Shown: piece by piece, positions 1-11,751 of the stretch | Layout: every line of letters begins with the position of its first letter | Numbering within the stretch: position 1 is the stretch's first letter | Assembly (NCBI GenBank): GCA_010405405.1 | Contig: MU004230.1 | Span: forward strand, 1,026,627 to 1,090,626 | Direction of reading: 5' to 3' | From: Microthyrium microscopicum | Taxonomy: Eukaryota | Length of the DNA: 64,000 nt | Position numbers and translations under genes: made by a program | The notes under the pieces: generated by a model | Database searches by the model: none | Seen by the model: only the letters and a program-made list of their open reading frames with translations | Told to the model about the DNA's origin: nothing

Positions 1-3000
1 GACTTCCGCACACCACTTCTTGCCACCAGGACCATTTGAATTATCGCTGCCGACAACGGTAGCGAGCGCACGCATCCAGCCCGCCTTGTCATCAGCCGAA
101 TCGGCATAAAAGTCAATTGCCTCGCCATTTGCAAAGCGAATTCTGAAACCCTCCTCAACAAACATATACGCTTGATCCTCCTCCGCAAACGCGCTCTTGC
201 GACGACCCTTGCCCGGCTTCGTCGAGCCATCCGGTTGCACAAGTGTATTTTTATCATCAATGAGCTTGTTGGCGCGGGCAAGACTAATCTTGGCACGTGG
301 CTGACGCGTAGTCTCATGGAAAGCTGTAAGATTGAGACCAGACAGACGGAAGAAGCGGCGACGCCAAAAGGGACAGTCGCCGCCTTGTTGGCTGAGAAAA
401 CCTTCCCATTCGGAGAACTGTGTCCTTTCGGCGGCGGCCATTTCGCGCACGCAGCCGTTCATTGACTTGGGCATTTCTTCTTCCTTGCAGCCCTTGGGGC
501 GTGGAACGTAGAGGAGCTGGAGGGTGAGGTTGCCAACTTGGTAGGGTGGTCGTCGGGCCATGGTGTTGCCGCCGCGCTTGCTCTTGACACTGCTAGAGAA
601 GTTGGGATCTTCGAGAGCCCACTCGTTGAAGACGGGCATGTCGATGGTGATGGGTCGACCATAGCACTGCTCTTCGTGGTTTTTGAGGGAGACGTAGGCG
701 CGGCCGAAGGAGCCATCGTCGGCGACCAGCTCGTGGAGCAGGTCGTAGGCGGATGGAGGTGCGTTGGCGCGTCTAGCAGCGGTTTGCGCTTTACGTTGGC
801 GCAGTTTACGCTCCTCGTCTTCGCGCTCTTGTTGGACTAGTCGCTCTTGTTCGCGTCGCTTCTTGGGCGAGGTTAGGAAACGTGAGAATGTTCCTTTTTT
901 GCTGGCTGGCTTGACCTTTTGGGGAGTGGAATCGGGAGTCTCTATCTGTGCTGGTGGAGCAATTTGTGCTTGGAGAGTGAGTTGAAATTCGAGCTCATTA
1001 AGCACGACGAGTTCAAACTCTTGACCAATTGGTGCACTGCGACCAAGCTCAAGCTTAGATGTAGTCACACAATGTAAGCCATTGTCGAGAGTAAGCTGAA
1101 AAGAGGTCCGCTCGTCTGCTTGATGTTAGAAAAGTCGTAAACGCGCTAGTGATAAACTTACTTTGAGGGAGAGGCAGATCAAGATCCTTGACACCGACGA
1201 CTTTGACAAAAAGTCGACCTCGTTCGGCACCCTCTGCCATCTCTGCATTTTGCATAGGCTGGTCTTCCACAACAGTATCAAGAGCACCAACAGCACTCTC
1301 TTGACCAGGAAGTGGAGGAACAGGACCTGAAGGTGGCTTCTGACCCACGCTTCGCAAACTCTTTCTTCTAGTCGTTCCGTTCCATGGCTCAGTTGTCCAC
1401 GATTTAGATCGCTCATGAATGGGTCGGTGACCAGCTGGTGCGCCAGCTTGAGTAGCATCATCTGCCGAAAGAGGACGGTCAAGCTCAGATGAAGATCGTT
1501 CTCCACTGAAATTTCGCTTTGCAACAACTACCTTTGTGTTTTGTCTCATCAAATATCCCTTCTTTGGGCACGGAGTTTCGTTAGCATGATGGTTCCCAAT
1601 GAGTGGGTCAGACATGATTTGTGCTTGATAGCCAGTCCCACCAATGCGCTGGGCATTGTGGACTTGATATCTTCCAAAAGTAGAAAATTCGTAAAGAGAA
1701 TGAAAAGTGGCTGTCTCTACCTTTGATGATTCAATGACTCGGTCGAATTCGCGATCAAGACCAAAGCTTAGATCCTCACCAAGAGAATCTTGAGGGATTT
1801 CGAGTTGTGGCCGGAATGACTCGCGACGCTTCTTGTGCTCGGCGACAGCACGCTCAATAGTGCCATTTTCAGACAGCTCAGAGGGTTCATGAAGGCCGAA
1901 TGAGAAACGTTTTGGTGACTTTTCTGGAACAGGTGGTGGTAATGTGCCACTGACTTGACGACGAGTAGCTGCCATTACTTGGGTGTCCGCAGGAGCAAGA
2001 GAAGGACGAGTCTTCAATTTTCCGCCTGGAGCTTTGACAGTTGCCAATGGCTCTGGAACCACTGGGGATTGACGACCCTGTGGTCCAGATGAAGCCACAA
2101 TAGGTTGATGCAAAACTGAAGCTGGAGAATCGGGTTCCTGGATTTCTTCTTCTTCCTGAACTTGTTCTGGAGTAGCTTCTCGAGCCATATAAGTGTGAAC
2201 ACTGTTCAGCATGTCCGGTAGATCATCTTGCACAGGAGCTTCTCGTTTCTCGAGATCATCATGACCACTGCTTAGATACGAATGAAGACCAGCTTGGAGC
2301 TCAGAGTCGTCGAGGATCGAAAATTCAGGAAGACCACCATTCATGTCTTGATCATTCTTAATAGAATCGAGACGAGGAGTGCTGGTAGTAATGTCGTCTT
2401 CTGGACGCGGAGTTGGTGGACCGTCATCGTCGGCAGTGCCGTCTGATGATTGCTGAGCACCATCTTGAATGGAGTAGACGCTCTCAGATCCTTCGCGACT
2501 AGTTGCATGATGGATTACTGAGCCTGGACGCGAATTATCGCTTTCAGCACCTGGGGAATTGGCATACATAGCAGGAACAGAATAAAGATCGAAAATATCG
2601 TTTTCATCGTCTTCTTGCTTGATTTCCACATCGGTATCATAGTCCGAAGAATGTTCGCGAGAGGGAATTGGAACGTCAGGATCCAGTGTAGCCATATCAT
2701 AGTCTCGTGGAGGAGATCGCTGGGCTTCTAGATTTTGGCCAACATCCATACTACGGCTCTTGACTTTTCGAAGAATTGACTCGCGAGAAATTGAAGGGAA
2801 GCTAAAGCTGGGCAGTTTTTCCTCTTGCTTGACGTCCTCATCTTCGTAAACGTGGATGCCGAGGCCGTGACGCTGAAGACGAGCCTTCTCACGAGCCGCT
2901 TGATCTGGACTAGACTTCTCAACAGAGTTGTCACGGATGCCCATCAAACGCAGACGATCTTCAAGGGACATGGCGTGATCTTTCATTGAGAGGATGTCGG

Positions 3001-4374
3001 ATTTGGAGACTGAAGCGGCAGGTGGAGGGGCAGGCAATGATCTATGAGCATTATGCACACGTTCAAGGATGTTTCCAGAGTTTCTACGAGAGGAGCTTTC
3101 ATCCCCAATCATGGGCACAGGTGGAAGTGGGCGATCAGACTCCACCGAGGCGGTCCGGTATTTGTTCCATTCTTGCGAGGGGGTGGAACGACCCTCATTG
3201 GTGATGAAAGGATCGTCAAGGTTGGCTGCCATGGTCTCATCAGTGTTGTCCGGTGACATGTCGCGCCAGTGCTCTGGCAGCACAACAGGTGTCTTTTCCG
3301 TATCCTCGAGTGAGGCATCAAAGCTATCATCCTCGCCATGCTCCATGGCGCGATCGATATCGTACAAGTCCTCATCGTCGTCATCGAAGCGATCGTAGCT
3401 GCTTTCACGGGACCCCGAGGCGACGGAAGAAGGATCTGGAGTAACCATTTCGTACTCGTTGATTTGAGGTGGAGCCACATCAAATGTAACAGACTTTGCC
3501 TGCCGACGAAGAGGGCGAGCGAGCTCAAATTTATAATCGTCTTCTTCATCCGACAAATGTGCAGAGCTAGGATCGAAATTGCGTGGGAAGGTATTTTGCT
3601 TATTCGAGAGGGCGGATTTTGTTGGAGAAGCCTGCTGGCGCGAATGAGATGGAGAGGGAGTATTTGCGGCTCTATCATCAAGATAGGAATCGTGGTCTGA
3701 TGGCTGCATATAAGGAATTTGAGTTTGGCTTTCTCCACGACGATGTCCCCGTGGTGCTGGTTCGGCTTGTGGCTCGACAATTTCAGCGCTCATGGGATGT
3801 GAAGTTGGTGGTGCCTGAACGCTCAATGGGCGACTAGACGCAAGAGGACGTTCAATTACAACCGGGGTGCTTGGATCGTATTCTCCGGCCTGTTCGCGGG
3901 CAAACATGCTACTGCCTTTGACGCGTGAGGCCTTCTTAAGATTCTCAATGGATTTGCGGTGGCGCACAATCGAGGGAGAATCTGGCCGATCGTAGGAATT
4001 TTCGTTAAGTGGCGACGACAGCTTATTCTGCCACGCATTTCGAGGAGAGCTATAGTTGACAGAGCTATCAAAGGGTGAAGAGTCTCGGCTGACAATCATC
4101 TTCTGTAGCGTAACGCAAGGTCAGAATGCTTTGTTCACAAGTGCAATGCAAGGGATTTTGCTTTAACTCTTACCTTTGTCGCTTGGTTATAGCTGGGGGA
4201 GTTTCTGCGACGCTCTTGAGGTCTGACCTCCGCCAGAGCGCGCAGACTTGGACTACTGCCATTGTTCTTCGCTGGCGATGCCTTGGAGATTCTCAGAGGT
4301 GAAACCTAGACGATATTTTGAGCAAGGCGTGGAAAGATATGATCAAAGGCATTATGACTTACGGTGTTAGACAT
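1..4374 (-). CDS. BUD4: Bud4/anillin-like septin-organising, bud-site selection protein; 3' end runs off the window
   Basis: Exons 4374-4363, 4305-4174, 4102-1721, 1561-1162 and 1115-<1, with GT..AG introns. N-terminal VSPLRI; KSVTFD..PPQINEYE; KGYLMRQNTKVVVA; ERGRLFVKVVGVKDLDLPLP; LTLDNGLHCVTT; PH domain near the window edge (WEGFLSQQGGDCPFWRRRFF, FRIRFANGEAIDFYADS). Confidence 0.9.
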
Positions 4375-4821
4375 GATGGAATTGAAATAATGGCGCTACG
4401 TAGGACTCAGGAATGCTGAGTCGCTAGGCGCGAGTAGAGGTATGTCGCGATGTGCCAATAGCAACAATGCGGAGGAGAATGTAGAAGAATGGGAAGTGTT
4501 GGTGCAGAAGCAATGCAATTGAAGCTAAGATCGAGCGAAAGTCATGAAAGTAAAGTTGTTCTGAATCAAATTGCGGAGAGCCAGCACATCAGGAAAGCAC
4601 AGAGGACTCGTGATGTTGGTCTTGAGCTGTTGGAGGAGCTTTGTTGTGGTTTACTTCCGTTGCCATAGCACCCACCCACGTGATGCTCCTACCAGTGAAA
4701 AACCTGCAAACCCTCGTTCCTTCCTCCAACTTTTCCTTGAGATGGCAAGGGTGACCCAGCCAATATCTGCACCTGTTCAACGTCTGCCATGGATCTTCTG
4801 CAACGCCGGCATGAAATATCG

Positions 4822-5047
4822 CCAAAATTGGCTGAAGCATCCCCAGTCCTAACCCAGGAATCAATTTCAAAATATCTTATTGCTTATCCAGAACTGGGAT
4901 CGCCTATCTCGGAGACTTTGAACCCCTGGTCCAAGCCGCTCTTGAGCTCTCAGCTCTCAGCGCTCGGCGCTCAGCACTCAGGCGCTAAACGAGAGTAAAC
5001 ATCGATATTCGAGATTGCTGCATGCTGCCGAGAAGGTCGCGTAAACA
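4822..5047. promoter_or_regulatory. Putative Mcm1 CArG box plus two forkhead sites upstream of BUD4
   Basis: CCAAAATTGG (CC-W6-GG) at 4822-4831; GTAAACA at 4995-5001 and 5041-5047. Motif matches only. Confidence 0.45.
4945..4986. repeat. Imperfect 7-bp tandem repeat, about 6 copies
   Basis: gagctct cagctct cagcgct cggcgct cagcact caggcgct. Confidence 0.55.
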
Positions 5048-6229
5048 ACCCTCCTTACACGATGCTCAAGATTCAAATATTAGCTTTCTTGTCAAGTCAT
5101 CGCGGATGCGAAGTGTTAGCTGCTCACGCGATTCAGGATTGTAGAGGCGATTACGCCAATCTCACCTTGCACCGAACTGTTCACAATAGGTAGATGGTTC
5201 GTATCATACTCTATCAGATGTTTTATCTTGTTTGACTGCAGGCTCGAGCTGTACAGCGAACATCGGCTTGGGTCACCATTACCATCCAGACCTTCAAGAC
5301 GAGCATGCTGGATGCATCCTTATAGGCGTTGTGGACGAGATGGCAGTTTCGGACTGCAAAATTCAAAGTCCAAGGTCATTTAGCTTTGAAATCTTGCGCA
5401 TCATTTTCCTCACACCTCAGCGCAAGGCAGAGACCGCGTTAAAAAATCTAGGCAATGGAGTTGCAGTACGAAACCACATTAGCAAAGTACGTCCCATGAA
5501 AGGCGCTGACCGTCATTAGAAAGGTCAGATTCAATCCCCTGACCTACCTACCGTACTCCCTTCCTTTTACCAAGTCGGCCCCTTGTACTTGTATCATGTA
5601 GCTTCATAACTCTGTCATTACGTTCTTTGCATTACAAATCAACAACTCCTACGCACCTTGTTATTTACAGTAGAATCCCTCCAATTTCCCAAACCCAACA
5701 ACCGGTGCAAAGCAAGAGCATGGAGATGAGACATGAACAGACGGCATTCCGAACCGAAAGCTTGAAAAGCACAGCACCAGCAAACCCAATAATCGGAGCG
5801 AAGAAAACCCATAGCGGGTCGGCAAAATAGATGGCGCGGTCCCATCAGCCTCTTTGGCTCCCAGACGCTCCGCTCTTTTATCGAGTGCTTTATTTGCCAT
5901 GAAGGATGTTTAGATTCGAGGATTTGTCGGCTACAATGGGAAATAAACCCCCCTTTGCGTAAGAGTTAGTGGCCGCCGTTAGAGTTGATGGGAGAAGGCC
6001 ATTTATTTTGCCATGCCGTTGCCAGCCACGTACCCCCTCTTACTAACGATTATACAGCTAGCTGTTTACTCAAATTCTATCATATCAAGCACATATAATC
6101 ATAATCATAGGCTTCATTTTCATAACAGAATCTCTCGCTACGCACGCCTAATCCAACATAATCAATTTCCCTCCATCTTCCTAGTACCAGTTTTCTTCGC
6201 AGGCCACCACAGCAGCTCCTCATTAGCGA

Positions 6230-7090
6230 CTAGCCTACACTCCCACTCCATCCCATAGTACCATACTCTCCCAGGCCACTCGCCAGCTCTTCCAGGCCGA
6301 GAACTCGTCTCTTCTTTGCGTTCAACCACGTCTCAAATCTTCCAATCAACACTTCCCATGCCTCCCAATCCACGCCCTCCACACCATCCATCCCAAACAG
6401 CAACGTGCGCCACTCGCCGTCCACCGCACGCACCGCATGTCTCAACCGCACCAGCGTTGTGCCTCGTAGCGTCGCAACTTCCGCGCGCCAAGCAGTGATT
6501 CTACTATTGCGAAACGGCGGCAGTGGTGGACTACCCGAGCAGACCGACGGCGATGGAAATGACACAGGCAAAAACGGACTGCCCGCCCAGCTACCTGTCG
6601 AAAATTTGCGCTCGCTCCTTGCCAGACCAACGTCTAGATCCAGCGGCGTAATCGGTGAGCTGAGCGCCGGTGTCGTCCGCCCACTATCATCATCGTCGTC
6701 CCCAACCCATTGCAAACTACCGATACTATCCCAGCTTGGCGTCCTTGATTTTAGTCCACTTTCGCCATCACCATCTTCAGTGACTACACCATCTAGTTCT
6801 GCCCGTAACAATCCCACCCTCTCGAAACTTGTATCTGCCGCCGCACCAGCATGTTGCATAACAGCCAGCGGTCTGTGCATGCGAACTGGCAATGCAGCCC
6901 ATAGAGCATCAGGGAGGTACCAGGGAATCAGGTGGGTGGGTAAGTAGGTGATTGCGTCGTTGTCGGAGCAGTGCCGGGCGGAGATGTGCGCGCGAGAGGG
7001 GTCGAAGTTTTTGATCAGGGGCGGGATGTGTTTGTTTGGGCGGTAGTGTGGTTGAGGACGCTGAGGGGAAGGAGGTGTTTGAGAGGCCAT
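6230..7090 (-). CDS. Hypothetical protein, 286 aa, apparently intronless
   Basis: ATG in good context (tttaccATG); long ORF with helical-looking N- and C-terminal blocks around a Ser/Pro-rich linker; no recognised domain. Confidence 0.7.
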   Translation of the reverse strand: MASQTPPSPQRPQPHYRPNKHIPPLIKNFDPSRAHISARHCSDNDAITYLPTHLIPWYLPDALWAALPVRMHRPLAVMQHAGAAADTSFERVGLLRAELDGVVTEDGDGESGLKSRTPSWDSIGSLQWVGDDDDDSGRTTPALSSPITPLDLDVGLARSERKFSTGSWAGSPFLPVSFPSPSVCSGSPPLPPFRNSRITAWRAEVATLRGTTLVRLRHAVRAVDGEWRTLLFGMDGVEGVDWEAWEVLIGRFETWLNAKKRRVLGLEELASGLGEYGTMGWSGSVG

Positions 7091-8757
7091 GGTAAATGAC
7101 GACGATGACGGTGATGATGGTGATGATGTTATATGCGGTATAGAGCTTGAGAAATCTGTTGGATTGGTAGTAGTAAAGCTGTTGGATAGGAGTTGATTGT
7201 TGAGGGGTTGATATCGTGGATTATTGGTAACAGCGGTATAGAATGCTTCAGGAGGTGATTGTGCTGTTTTTGGTAGTAGCCTTGCGAGGCTTTCGGGAGT
7301 TGTTTTTCGTACAGTAGAGGTTAAGAAAGGCTAGAATGCAACTCAATCCCAGTTTTGAGGTATTCAATGCAGCGGTCGATATAAACGTACTTGGAAGATA
7401 TCGCAGTATACGTAATTAACTGCTCGACTCCTTTTTTGTGGAGAATCGTCCAGTTGAGCCAAACTCCTGAGAAATTCTAAGCCTCAATCACTGTCGCTTT
7501 AAGTAAGGAACCTCAAGCAGATCGACATCCAAACTCAGCTCTGTGGTTATGCTAGAGCGGCTAGCACGTGCTAGATTACTCCATGTACCAAAGTTTGCTC
7601 GCACTATGCTTCGTTGCACTAGACTAAGCGTGACGTGGGAGCCAGAGTTGGAAAATGTTTGGTGATTGGAAGTATTTGATCGGGTAGCGTGAGGCCGAGA
7701 CGCCGGTTTGTGTATTGTAATACAGAGTTCGGTTCGTTGATCCAGGTTTGATCAAGATAGGGGCTGAGTGTGTGGTTGTCTTGATAAGGTTGTGATATGC
7801 CGGTTATGGTGTGATTGTGGTATGAGTAGGAGGTGACGTTGCTGGTGATTAGGTTCAGAAGAGATCGAGTATTGCTGTTTTCGTTGAACAAGCTCTTTGT
7901 TTGTGTGAAGACATCGAGATTTGAGCCTGCTGTCAATATGTGAGACTACAAAGAAATGTAGTGTAGGTGAAAACCCAGTGGCTTCAAACCGCTTTGTTCC
8001 CCTATGCCCAAGAACTTATATAGTTAGGGTAAATCTCACCCCGGATATATCAATAGCACTACATTTCGTGACAGGTTTACATAAACCATAGCCAATTGCT
8101 AACTTGATTTTTGGCCCAGCTCCACTAGATGTAGATAGATGAACTCGCTCTCAATCATCAGGCTAATCAAAGGCCAGCGTAACACGTGTGGTTTTAAAGT
8201 CTCGTCGGGTGATCAAAGTAACCGGGGGAGAAAAGTTTTCTCATTTCCGCCCTGTTTGCTAGGTCGAATAATGCCTTCCAAAGTACGAAAAAGTTTGTCG
8301 TATCTGTAAAGTCGTCATGGACCAAGACCGAACAGCAACATTATCAAAGTCTACTTTGAGCAGAATGCATACCGGCACGTATCGTATCGCTTTCAGTTGG
8401 TAGACGCTTCGACGAACCACAGCGAACGACAACTCAACGAGGCTGGCACCGTCAAGGCAAATCAATCACGCAGTTTGGCGATTGGAAACAAGCTCTAGAT
8501 CTCGGATAGCGAAGGATAAGATGGTCGTACCTTTTGAATTTACAACCTACACCTTGGCATTATAACTTTTCCTGTACGATTAATAAATATTGTCCAGGCT
8601 GGCCACGACTTCTTCGAAAACCTGATCAATAGTCGACGCCAGTTCGCCGTCTTACACACGCCCTCTTTAGTCATGATATTGGACGATCGTAATGTAACTG
8701 GCTGTTAGACATCTGGATACCTGTTTGCTATGAAGCAGATTGGCCTAGACCAGAAAC

Positions 8758-9584
8758 CTATTCGATTCTGGGAATTGAAGCATTAGCTTTCGTTTGTTCT
8801 GACACGTATGATGGAAAGAAAGGATTGATACGAATGCCGAAGGCCCAAAATGGTTCCATGGTCAAAACAAGGTTGACTATGAGAGCCTCATATCAGAAAG
8901 ACAAGGGTGACTTACCGCTGAATAAGGTGTAGACCGGACGCGGTCTCGATGATTCCGCTCACTTCGCCCGGCTGCAGGGCGAAAGAAGCTTCCTCAAACT
9001 CCTTTTGCATGTCGCCCTGTCCAAAGAAACCGCTGGAAAATGGTCAGTCGAGCTAGGCTTCAACAGTAATAGTCCTGGGACAGGTAAGGGGCACCAGTCA
9101 GTGACTTACAGATCACCACGCTTTCTAGCGCTGCTGCAATCCGACTCTGATGTTGCAATGTCTCCGAGTGTCTTTTCGCCTGACTTGATTTGAGCCTCAT
9201 GGGCCTGAAGGATCTCGCGAGCTTCCTCCTTGGATCGAGTGATTTTGCTTTCACGCCAGCTGGAAGGGCGTCGGCTGCCATTGTGCTTGATCAAGAGATG
9301 TGCAGCTCGTATTTTGCCTTCGCTGCCATTAGCTGCGGTGGAGCGGTTGATACCGGCACTGCTATGATGGGTAGACATGTGCTCCTTCAGCTTGTTGGTA
9401 TCAGAACCCTCTGGAGGCTCCCAGCGAGATTCTTTGGTGTCTGCATTGAAATAGTATGGCAGATTTTTGGAATTGGAGATTCGAATTTCCCATCCCGAAG
9501 GAAGTCCAGTAGTATCAGGCTAGGTATGAATTAGTACCACTGAAAGACTAGCTAAGTTACAATGGGATGACAAACAGATACCAT
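8758..9584 (-). CDS. ESS1: Parvulin-type peptidyl-prolyl isomerase with WW domain (Ess1/Pin1/Ssp1)
   Basis: Exons 9584-9582 (ATG only), 9519-9110, 9032-8916, 8767-8758. WW domain GLPSGWEIRISNSKNLPYYFN..SRWEPP; PPIase [66 protein letters not shown]. Confidence 0.95.
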
Positions 9585-10772
9585 GATTTTTAGCTTGTAT
9601 TTGGACGTCTGGGAGATGCTACAATGGATAGAACTTTATGAAGCCAAGGTGGACGCTGCGATGTGGAGCGGGAATTGTTGAAAATGGTCTTGGTGGTGAG
9701 CTGGGAGGACGTCTGGTGGTTGTCCAGGCAATTCCATCCCCCACATGGCTCAAGGAAGGCGCGAAGAGGAGCTTTTGCGCTAGCATCACGTGTGAGGGAG
9801 GGGTGACTTCCTCATCAAAGTTGACCACGTGTGTGGCGGCGGGATTAGCCGCTTCATTCAATTTTAGTCAGCAAACATTTGAAGAAGGCTTGATTTTTAT
9901 AGCGCTAGGTACCGTATTCATGAGGTCAAGAAATTGCATATACAACGACCACTATTGAAGTTCTTTCAAATATACTTAACGGGCCATTTGTATATCCCGT
10001 CATAGGTTTAAAGAATCTCTTTGTTAGTCATTTGCTAGCATTTCAGGTTTGACGCAACCGTTTTCCTGCCGCCTGCAAATCAAAGCTCGGTTTATGCTTT
10101 TCGATGGGGACGACTGATGACTGGTGTCTTGGAGGCAAAATGCTAAGCCTTGTTTGAGTTTGTGATCGTGCTCTTTATTATTCAGAATCTGAGTCTGGTC
10201 ACTCTTAGCATCTGCTCAGATTCTGAAATTACCTAGTAGCTGCAAATGGTACTACCAGCTGCTAGTAAAAGAACATAGGGTAGTAACTTCAATTTCCAAA
10301 GGAAAAAATCAAGATCCGGGATAGTTTGAAATAGAAGATAATTTCTAAGCAAAATGGGATCAAGATTCAAGTGCATTCCAAAGCAATAACGGTTGACTAG
10401 GAAAGAGCAACTTATGAGCTCCTGTAGCCCCCGTGCTCCCCTGCGCCCCCACAACTTGACCTTTCAACCTTTCCAACCTCTCCCAAAGTTCCTAGAGAGT
10501 TCCTAATCCAAACACCGCAACCCTACCAAAGCCTACTACGCCTACTACCAACTACTACAAAGAAACATTACTCACCTTCTCCTCATCACTCATTCTGTCT
10601 TTGACTTTCTGAGCCTTAAATCATCTTAACCTCTAGACCCTTCCCTTTCCTTCCTCCTACACCTTTCTCACTTCACCATAAACTGGACCGCTTGCCTGAC
10701 CAATTCTTTTCCCTTTCAACATCCATTTCCTCTGACTAGTAGATATTCCTTTGCAACATCTGACACGTCAAC

Positions 10773-11751
10773 ATGTCAAATAACGACGTCGAGGCGAGTG
10801 GTAGCACTCAACAACCCAAAATCACATTCAAATTCTGCCGCGAATGGTATGTTACAGCTAGTAGTCATTCTGCGCCACATCAGCTAATGAACACTTTCTA
10901 AATTTAGCTCAAACCTGTTATATCCACAAGAAGACCGCGAAAATAGTAAACTCGTCTTCGCATGCCGTAGCTGTCCCTACAGTGAACCTCCAATCTCCGA
11001 ATTAGTCCACCAAAACGATCTCAGCAACAAGGTCGGCGAGACTGCCGGAATTACTCAGGACATTGGTCAAGACCCAACGGTTCGTGCTGCGTCCTTCTTT
11101 CCCGAGTTGTGCACCATGTGTGGTCAAGAGATCCTATGCGATACCTGCGGGAAACCTAACGCACACGGCGTCTGGTTGGAAGTGGACGCGAATGGCGACG
11201 AGACCTCCGCAACCGACCCCTACGCTGCAACCACCGATGCCGAATCCTTCCTCTACAGCGACGATATGCTCAACGATCCTGCGAATAACATTTTCAGCGA
11301 TGGCGTTGAAATCGACTTTTACGATGAAGACATGCTGAGCGATCCCCCCTCGGACGACGATCACGGCGAATACTACATTGCAGACACGAACGGCTACAGT
11401 CACGGAGGTCCCGTCTACATGAATGGATTCGCGCAGTCAAAACCCGAAGAGAAAGAGGCGGATAATCAGCCAGCGCCCGTAGCATAGTGGATCTCTTCAT
11501 CACCAGGGTCTGCATGATTCTGAAGCGAATTCACTTGGCTAACTTGCGATTTTCATATTATTAGCTGCCCCGTATCCAAAAGACTTGTCCCGCTTGTGGC
11601 GAGAACGAAGCCGTCCATTTCCAGTCCCAGCAACGTACCGCCGAAACAGGAATGGTAAGTCACGTTCTTCTTCACCTTACTTCTCTTGCTTACTTTGCCT
11701 TTCTAGAAATTATACTTCGTCTGCGTACAGTGTGGTAACGTCTGGCAGTGA
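10773..11751 (+). CDS. RPB9: RNA polymerase II subunit Rpb9 (canonical spliced form, 126 aa)
   Basis: Exons 10773-10846, 10908-11079, 11565-11654, 11707-11751. N-terminal Zn ribbon FKFCRECSNLLYPQED..FACRSC; linker GETAGITQDIGQDPTLPR; C-terminal ribbon CPACGENEAVHFQSQQRTAETGMKLYFVCVQCG. Confidence 0.95.
11080..11487 (+). CDS. Putative alternative terminal coding region of RPB9 inside intron 2 (135 aa: CxxC-x5-CxxC plus acidic tail)
   Basis: In frame with exon 2 and open for 135 codons: VRAASFFPELCTMCGQEILCDTCGKP...DPPSDDDHGEYY...PAPVA*. Many C-ending codons. Confidence 0.6.
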   Translation, partial: VRAASFFPELCTMCGQEILCDTCGKPNAHGVWLEVDANGDETSATDPYAATTDAESFLYSDDMLNDPANNIFSDGVEIDFYDEDMLSDPPSDDDHGEYYIADTNGYSHGGPVYMNGFAQSKPEEKEADNQPAPVA

